Positions 57,844-64,000 of a stretch of DNA of 64,000 bases are shown one piece after another. Both the position numbers and the translations under genes were made by a program. The notes beneath the pieces are model-generated. The model was not told the DNA's origin. It searched no databases and worked only from the letters and a program-made list of their open reading frames with translations. This stretch comes from Dehalococcoidia bacterium. GTDB lineage: Bacteria > Chloroflexota > Dehalococcoidia > Bin125. Each line of letters starts with the position of its first letter. The first letter of the stretch is position 1. The stretch spans positions 2,624,001 to 2,688,000 of the forward strand of contig OY820591.1 in assembly GCA_963555985.3 (NCBI GenBank), read 5' to 3'.

Positions 57844-60800
57844 CTACCAGCTATCGATGTACGGCCGCCGGCCCTCACGAATCGGCTCCGAGTTCGGTAC
57901 CGCATCGAGCATCCGCACGATCCACTGGCGAGTCTCCGCCGGATCGATCACGTCGTCCGACTCCAGCACGGTCGCCGCATTGATCGCGTTGCCGCGCTCG
58001 TAGGCGTCGGCCACCATCTCCTCGTAGACGCGCGTTCGCTCTTCGAGGTCCTCGATCTGCTCAAGCTGCGCCCGCGCGCCGAGCTTGACCCCCGCTTCGA
58101 GGTTCATGCCGCCGTATTCGGCCGTTGGCCAGGCGATGTTGAACAGACCCGCCTCAGTACTGCCCGCGACCATCGCCAGCCCGCCCAGTCCGTAGCACTT
58201 GCGCAGTGTGATCGTCATCTTTGGAGCGGTCAGGTTCGCCAGCGAGACAAACACGCGATGGCAATGCCGCACCAGCGCCGTCTTCTCGATCTCGGGGCCG
58301 ACCATCATCCCCGGCGTATCCACCAACGTGATCACGGGGATATTCCAGCAGTCGCAGATCTGCGCGAAGCGCGCCAGCTTATCCGAGCCCGGACTGTCCA
58401 CCGCGCCGCCGAGATGCATGTTGTTGTTCGCGATCAGCCCCACCGGCCGGCCCTCGATCCGGGCCAGCGCGGTGACGACGCCGATCCCGAACTCGGGCCG
58501 CAGTTCCAGCACCGAGTCGTCGTCGGCTAGCAGGTCGATCACCTTACGCACGTCGTACGTCCGCAGTCGGTTTTCCGGGATCGCATGACGCAGCAGCCGC
58601 TGGTCGGGACAGCTCCACTCCTTCACCCTGCCCTGGAAGTAGGAGAGGTACTTCTTGGTCGCAGCCATCGCCTCCTCTTCGTCCTTGACGAAGATGTCGA
58701 CGACCCCGTTCGGCACCTGCTGCGACATCGGCCCCAGCTCTTCCGGCAGGAAGAGGCCAAGTCCGCCGCCCTCGATCACGGCAGGGCCGCCCATGGCAAT
58801 GTTCGAGCCTTCAGTAGCCACGATGATGTCGCACATCCCCAGCATCGAGGCATTGCCGGCGAAGCAGCGTCCGGCCGTGATCGAGATCATCGGCACCCGG
58901 CCCGAGAGCTCGGCCAGGCGCTCGAAGGTCCGGACGTTGCGGGCGGCGACGCGGGTATAGGCCCAATCGCTATCGCCCGAGCGTCCGCCGGCGCCTTCGG
59001 CAATGAAGATCAGCGGCGTCAGCAGCCGGTGGGCCGTCTCAACCATGCGGTCGGTCTTCTCATGTCCACGCCCGCCCTGAGTCCCCGCCCAGACGGTCTC
59101 GTCGTAGGAGATGATCGCCGTCGATGCTTGATGGTTGTCGAACAAGTCGGCATTGACCGTACCGATCCCGCAGATCAAGCCATCCGCCGGCGAGACTCTG
59201 CGCAACTCTTCCCAGGAGCGCTTGCGCCGTTGCGCGGCCACACCGAGCGGCATGTACTCCGTCCAGCTGCCGCCCTCGACCAGCTGGGCGATGTTCTCGC
59301 GCGCCGTGCGCTTGCCCTTGGCATGGCGCCTTGCGACCGGACCGGGACGATTGCGATCTTCCAGCGCCTCGTGCAGGTCGATGTTGTGTTGGAGGTCGGG
59401 ACGGATGTGGTCGAGGTCGATCTCGCCGCCGCCGTCGTCGAGCGCGGGGCCTACATCCGCCGGCTCGATGAAGACGAGCGCGTGACTCTCCCAGATGATG
59501 TCGCCCACGCCGATCGTGATCTCTCGCACGATCCCGCCGACATCAGCGGTCAGCACGTGCTCCATCTTCATCGCGTTCATGATGATTACGTCCTGGCCGG
59601 CGACGACTTCATCGCCCTCGGCGACCAGGATCTCGATGATCGTGCCCTGGATCGGAGCGCGCAGCGCTTCGGTACCGGGCGGGCCGACGATGTCGGGCGC
59701 GTGTCCGATCTTCTGATCGGCTTCCAGTCCGCGATTCACGTCCAGCGAGGCTGCGCCGGCGCCCTGGCGGAAGAAGTCGAGCGCCGCGAGCGGGTCAGCG
59801 AGCTGGTTCTCGACTTTTGCGCCCGCCCAGGCCGCGTCGGTACCGGCTGCGGCGCCATTCTCCGAGCTGGCCGCCAGTTCGCCAATTCGGTCGTCGATCC
59901 AGCGGGTGTGTACATCGCCGCTGAGGAATTCAGGGTGAGAAAGGATGTTGCGCAAGAAGGGAAGATTGGAGTCCGGTCCCTCGAGCTCAAACTCGTCCAA
60001 GGCGCGGCGGGCGCGGCGCACCGCGTCGGAAAACCCGCCGGAAGGCGTGCGCGCGATCACCTTAGCGATCAGCGAGTCGAAGTTGGGGTTCGCGGCATAG
60101 CCCGCATAGCCGTAGGAATCGACGCGAATCCCCGGGCCGGCTGGAGGGCGGAAGCTGCGCAATGCTCCGGCGGCCGGACGCACATCGCCGTCCTCGCGCA
60201 TTCGCTCCAGATTGACCCGCGCCTGAAGCGCGTAACCGCGTCTCGGCGGCGGCGGTACCAGACCGAGGTCGGAGAGCGCCGCGCCCTCCGCGATTCGGAG
60301 TTGGCATTCGACCAGATCGAGTCCGGTGACTTCCTCGGTCACGGTGTGCTCGACTTGCAGCCGCGCATTGGCCTCAATAAACGCGAATTCGGCGTTGGTC
60401 TCGGCATCAACCAGAAACTCGAAGGTGCCAAGGTTCGTATAGCCGCCTGCCCCAGCCAGTTGTACGGCTGCGCTCGTGATTCGCTCTCTGAGATCGTCGC
60501 TCAGCGTGGGACTGGGCGCGATCTCAATCAGCTTCTGGTAGCGGCGCTGGATCGTGCACTCACGCTCGCCGACGTGAGCCACGCCGCCGTGTTGGTCGGC
60601 CACGATCTGGACTTCGATATGGCGCGCTCTGGGAATGAACCGCTCCACAAACAGCGCGCCGTTGCCGAATGCGGCCTGCGCCTCGCGGGTGCAGCCCTCA
60701 AAGGCGTCTCCGATCTCGTCTGCGCTCGTGATCGCACGCATCCCGCGACCGCCGCCGCCTGCGACCGCCTTGATCACCATCGGGCGGCCGTCCAACTGCT

Positions 60801-61242
60801 CGAAAAACGCGCGAGCGCCGTCCAGATCAACCGCGTGGTCGCTGCCGCTCAGAATCGGCACGCCGCGTGCGGCTGCGAGGGTACGCGCGCGAGCCTTGTC
60901 CCCGAACAGCGCGAGCGCCGCCGGGGATGGCCCGACGAACGTGATCCCGGCCTCTTCGCAAGCGCGGGCGAAGTCGGCATTCTCGGCCAGGAAGCCGTAG
61001 CCCGGGTGGATGGCGTCGCACTCGTACTCTTGCGCGCGTTCGATGATCTGCGCGATATCGAGATAGGCGGCGGGGCCAATGCCGTCGAGCACGATCGTAG
61101 TATCGGCGTGCTGAATATGCTGCGAACCGGCATCATCGGAGGAGTGAATGGCGGCGGTTGAGAGCTCAAGTTCGGCAGCAGTGCGGAGGATGCGGATGGC
61201 GATTTCGCCGCGGTTGGCGACGAGGAGGCGTGAGATAGGCAT
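57844..61242 (-). CDS. Single-chain biotin carboxylase-BCCP-carboxyltransferase (long-chain acyl-CoA carboxylase-like)
   Basis: ANRGEIA, HPGYGFLAEN, RLQVEHTVTE, AMKM biotin site, DTPGMMVG. Confidence 0.93.
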   Translation of the reverse strand: MPISRLLVANRGEIAIRILRTAAELELSTAAIHSSDDAGSQHIQHADTTIVLDGIGPAAYLDIAQIIERAQEYECDAIHPGYGFLAENADFARACEEAGITFVGPSPAALALFGDKARARTLAAARGVPILSGSDHAVDLDGARAFFEQLDGRPMVIKAVAGGGGRGMRAITSADEIGDAFEGCTREAQAAFGNGALFVERFIPRARHIEVQIVADQHGGVAHVGERECTIQRRYQKLIEIAPSPTLSDDLRERITSAAVQLAGAGGYTNLGTFEFLVDAETNAEFAFIEANARLQVEHTVTEEVTGLDLVECQLRIAEGAALSDLGLVPPPPRRGYALQARVNLERMREDGDVRPAAGALRSFRPPAGPGIRVDSYGYAGYAANPNFDSLIAKVIARTPSGGFSDAVRRARRALDEFELEGPDSNLPFLRNILSHPEFLSGDVHTRWIDDRIGELAASSENGAAAGTDAAWAGAKVENQLADPLAALDFFRQGAGAASLDVNRGLEADQKIGHAPDIVGPPGTEALRAPIQGTIIEILVAEGDEVVAGQDVIIMNAMKMEHVLTADVGGIVREITIGVGDIIWESHALVFIEPADVGPALDDGGGEIDLDHIRPDLQHNIDLHEALEDRNRPGPVARRHAKGKRTARENIAQLVEGGSWTEYMPLGVAAQRRKRSWEELRRVSPADGLICGIGTVNADLFDNHQASTAIISYDETVWAGTQGGRGHEKTDRMVETAHRLLTPLIFIAEGAGGRSGDSDWAYTRVAARNVRTFERLAELSGRVPMISITAGRCFAGNASMLGMCDIIVATEGSNIAMGGPAVIEGGGLGLFLPEELGPMSQQVPNGVVDIFVKDEEEAMAATKKYLSYFQGRVKEWSCPDQRLLRHAIPENRLRTYDVRKVIDLLADDDSVLELRPEFGIGVVTALARIEGRPVGLIANNNMHLGGAVDSPGSDKLARFAQICDCWNIPVITLVDTPGMMVGPEIEKTALVRHCHRVFVSLANLTAPKMTITLRKCYGLGGLAMVAGSTEAGLFNIAWPTAEYGGMNLEAGVKLGARAQLEQIEDLEERTRVYEEMVADAYERGNAINAATVLESDDVIDPAETRQWIVRMLDAVPNSEPIREGRRPYIDSW

Positions 61243-61270
61243 AGTGGGAGTGTAAGAGAGGGACAGAGCA

Positions 61271-61753
61271 CTACACCGGCGCCCGTGCGGTCACGCAATT
61301 CAGGCGTCCCGCAATGACGATCAAATCGCTGTCGGTGGTCAGAAGTTCATCCACGTCGGAATCCATAGCGCTTGCCAGGTGGATAGCGTCGGAGGGCTCC
61401 AGCCGTCGCCGTCGCTGTTCCGGCTCCAGCCTCTCTCGGATCCGCCGCCAGCGGCGTACTAGGCGCTGTGCCGCGAAGCCGGTCTCGTCTGTGAACGGTA
61501 CGAGCAGAACTCGCTGTTCGTCGGTCAGGAGTTGGCGGATGACTGCTTCCGAATCAGGCGCGATGATCGCCTGCGAACGATCTCGCGAGTAATAGGCGAC
61601 TTCGGCGATGGTGATGTTCGAGGTGACAATCTCCATCTCGCCCGAAGTGGAACGACGCAGTAGTTCATCTAACGTCGGCCAATAGCGCCGCCTCTGATTC
61701 AGCCAGGCGATACAGAGATTCGCGTCCCAGTAGACCCGCGGAACCTCAGCCAC
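61271..61753 (-). CDS. PIN domain (VapC-like) toxin
   Basis: VYWDAN, TIAEV, SDAIHLASA, LLTTD; GTG overlaps the upstream stop. Confidence 0.85.
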   Translation of the reverse strand: MAEVPRVYWDANLCIAWLNQRRRYWPTLDELLRRSTSGEMEIVTSNITIAEVAYYSRDRSQAIIAPDSEAVIRQLLTDEQRVLLVPFTDETGFAAQRLVRRWRRIRERLEPEQRRRRLEPSDAIHLASAMDSDVDELLTTDSDLIVIAGRLNCVTARAPV

Positions 61754-62432
61754 CGCCAGCCGCCGCGCCACTGCTGCGATGCCGCTCACGAAGCGCCCGC
61801 GGCGGGAACAGATTCAGCGTCTCAACACCCCTGATGGCAATCCCCCCGGGGGCTTGATCATCGCGGGCGAGACGACCGTCTATATAGACGGACCAGGCGA
61901 TTCCGGCTGTGGCCTGGTCGCTCTGAGCCGGAGTCAGGTAGCAGCGAAACGGATGCGGCAACTGTGCGCCGCCAACGGTCGCGTAGGCGTCCGCGCCAGT
62001 CTGAACCGCTTCTATCTCTCCAAAGACGGAAAGGCTTGCCCGGCCTGCTCTGACGGGCGTCACTCCGAGCCAGGCGTCGCCTGAGCTAAATCTCACCGCT
62101 CCGTCGGCCGGGCAGGCGGCCAACATCGATTGCAAGGCTTCTTGCGCCGGCGCCTGCGCAGGCATACCGGCCGCCAGCCCAACCGCGAGCTCCCAGTACG
62201 CCGCGCCAACCCGTTCCGCCACCTCCGTATCGCCCTCTGACAGCAGGTCGAGCTGGATATGCAGGTCGTCATCCTCAGCATCCAGTTTCACGATCTCGCG
62301 CCGCAGCTTTACAGCAGTCGCGTACTCGTGCTCCAGCGCGGACAACAGGCGATCGAGAGCTGTGAGCGAGTCGCCCAGCGAACCGACAGTGTGCTCGCCG
62401 GCTACACCAAAACAGATCGTGGCCAAGCCCAT
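61746..62432 (-). CDS. Hypothetical protein, partner of the PIN toxin
   Basis: Coupled upstream of the PIN gene; GGAAGGGAAGG RBS; beta-rich C-terminal half. Confidence 0.55.
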   Translation of the reverse strand: MGLATICFGVAGEHTVGSLGDSLTALDRLLSALEHEYATAVKLRREIVKLDAEDDDLHIQLDLLSEGDTEVAERVGAAYWELAVGLAAGMPAQAPAQEALQSMLAACPADGAVRFSSGDAWLGVTPVRAGRASLSVFGEIEAVQTGADAYATVGGAQLPHPFRCYLTPAQSDQATAGIAWSVYIDGRLARDDQAPGGIAIRGVETLNLFPPRALRERHRSSGAAAGGG

Positions 62433-62473
62433 CACGACCTTCCCTTCCTCCTTCCACACCCTACCCAACCCTC

Positions 62474-63556
62474 TCAGCTCCCGCCGACCGCCTCCGCGAT
62501 CATCCCGCCCAACGCCGCCGTAGCCAACGGCTCATCCCCCTCCGAGGCCAAGTCCGCCGGGCGGTGACCGGCGGCCAGCGTAGCCATCACCGCCTGCTCA
62601 ATCGCCGATGCCTCCTCCTCCAGACCAAAGGAGTAGCGCAGCATCAGCGCCGCGCTCAGAATCATCGCCATCGGATTGGCGATCCCCTGACCGGCGATAT
62701 CCGGCGCAGTACCGTGAATCGGCTCGTAGAGACCGCTCGAACCTGCGCCCAACGACGCCGACGGCAGCATCCCCATCGATCCCGCCAGCATCGACGCCTC
62801 ATCCGTGAGAATGTCGCCGAACATGTTCTCCGTCACGATCACGTCGAAGTAGGACGGGTGCCGGATCAAGTCCATCGCGCAAGCGTCGACCAGGCGGTGC
62901 TCCAGCGTGACGTCCGGGTACTCAGGAGCGATCTCGTCGGCGATCTCGCGCCACATCCGCGAGGTATCGAGGATGTTCGCCTTATCCACCGAGGTCAGCA
63001 AGCCGCGCCGCGCTCGCGCCGTCTCGAAGCCCAGCCGCACGATCCGCTCCACCTCCGGTTCGGAGTACGCGAGCGTATCCACCGCCTTCCGTTCGCCATC
63101 CTCTTCCCAGCGCCGCTGCGGTTCGCCGAAGTAAATGCCCCCGGTCAACTCGCGCAGCACGACCATATCGACCGCCTCCACCGTCTCGCGCTTGAGCGGC
63201 GTGCTGTCCGCCAGAATCGGCAGCATCTTCACGGGGCGAATATTGGCGAACAGCCCCAAACCCTTACGCAGACCCAAAATCGCCTGCTCCGGACGCACGC
63301 TCGCCTTCGGGTCGTCCCATTTCGGGCCGCCCACCGCGCCGAACAGCACCGCGTCCTGCGCCTTGCACATCTCCAGCGTTTCGTCGCGCAGCGCGACGCC
63401 GTGCGCATCGATCGAGGCTCCGCCGACCAGATCTTCGGTGTAGGCGAAGGAGTGATCGAAGCGTCCCCCAACCGCATCGAGCACGCGCACAGCTTGAGCG
63501 ATCACTTCGCCGCCGATCCCGTCGCCGGGTAGCAGCGCGATGTCGTAATGGGCCAT
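62474..63556 (-). CDS. leuB: 3-isopropylmalate dehydrogenase
   Basis: LPGDGIG, GAVGGPKW, RELTGGIYFG, NMFGDILTDEA, YEPIHGTAPDIAG. Confidence 0.98.
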   Translation of the reverse strand: MAHYDIALLPGDGIGGEVIAQAVRVLDAVGGRFDHSFAYTEDLVGGASIDAHGVALRDETLEMCKAQDAVLFGAVGGPKWDDPKASVRPEQAILGLRKGLGLFANIRPVKMLPILADSTPLKRETVEAVDMVVLRELTGGIYFGEPQRRWEEDGERKAVDTLAYSEPEVERIVRLGFETARARRGLLTSVDKANILDTSRMWREIADEIAPEYPDVTLEHRLVDACAMDLIRHPSYFDVIVTENMFGDILTDEASMLAGSMGMLPSASLGAGSSGLYEPIHGTAPDIAGQGIANPMAMILSAALMLRYSFGLEEEASAIEQAVMATLAAGHRPADLASEGDEPLATAALGGMIAEAVGGS

Positions 63557-63568
63557 ATCTCGGTATTC

Positions 63569-63772
63569 CTAATCGTCGCTTGAGCGCTCAGCCTGAGCGC
63601 GCTCCGCTGTCACTCAACAGCCGGGATCGCCGTAGTTGCCGCAGCAGTTGTCGAGTCTGCGCAGCTTAATCCAGTTGTTCGCCAAGAGCCCGCGAACGGC
63701 GTCGCGCAGACTCTCGGCGCGGCGCAGATTGACAAGCGAGTCCCTGAACGAAGGAGTCGGATGCCGCCCCAT
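63569..63772 (-). CDS. Small CCGxYGxPGC protein; candidate selenoprotein (TGA at 63614-63616 read as Sec). Ends at 63614 if TGA is a stop
   Basis: GGAG RBS; MGRHPTPSF…NCCGNYGDPGC-TGA-VTAERAQAERSSDD-TAG. Confidence 0.7.
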
Positions 63773-63884
63773 GTTCAAGCTCCGTTCGCGCCTGCTTGCA
63801 CAGCCATGGTATCGCCGCCCGCCCCAGCAGGCCGACAAAACAACCGCGCGATCTCGCAACAGACCAAGCCCCCAGTCCCCAGCC

Positions 63885-64000
63885 CTACTCCTCCGGCGGA
63901 CGCTCAGCCTGAGCGCGTTCCGCCGTCACTCAACAGCCCGGCGCGCCATAGTCGCCGCAGCAGCTTCGGCGCCTCCACAGCCGATCCCAAGCGATAATCA
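63885..64000 (-). CDS. Second small CCGxYGxPGC protein (5' end outside the window); candidate selenoprotein
   Basis: IIAWDRLWRRRSCCGDYGAPGC-TGA(63930-63932)-VTAERAQAERPPEE-TAG; not in the ORF track. Confidence 0.65.
63894..63925 (-). promoter_or_regulatory. Putative bacterial SECIS hairpin (homologous copy at ~63582-63604)
   Basis: CGGCGGA-ACG-CGCTCA-GGC-TGAGCG-TCCGCCG starts 4 nt after the TGA; first loop G is 21 nt after the TGA. Confidence 0.6.

Overview
High-GC bacterial chromosomal segment. Gene content (LLM/F420 oxidoreductases, tandem paralogous amidohydrolases, carboxylesterases and Tat-lipoprotein SBPs, a giant FN3 surface protein) suggests a Chloroflexota/Dehalococcoidia (SAR202-like), possibly sponge-associated organism; this is inference. 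Core genes: tsaE-tsaB, ndk, rsfS, mnmA, two tRNA-Ser, and scattered leuA, leuC, leuB. About ten small toxin-antitoxin/defence-like modules sit between or inside core operons with no transposase or integrase in the window: an MNT-HepT fusion, two HicAB-like loci, a split CapRel-like alarmone-synthetase pair, HigBA-IrrE, a RelE pair, tandem MNT-HEPN fusions, a PIN pair, and an unknown pair followed by a duplicated leuC 3' end. Several REP-like palindrome families fill the intergenic spaces. The strongest novel signal is at the right edge. Two tandem small genes upstream of leuB end in CCGxYGxPGC-TGA. Each TGA is followed by the same in-frame peptide VTAERAQAER (differences only synonymous), a SECIS-like hairpin, and a TAG exactly 15 codons later. 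These are candidate unannotated mini-selenoproteins.
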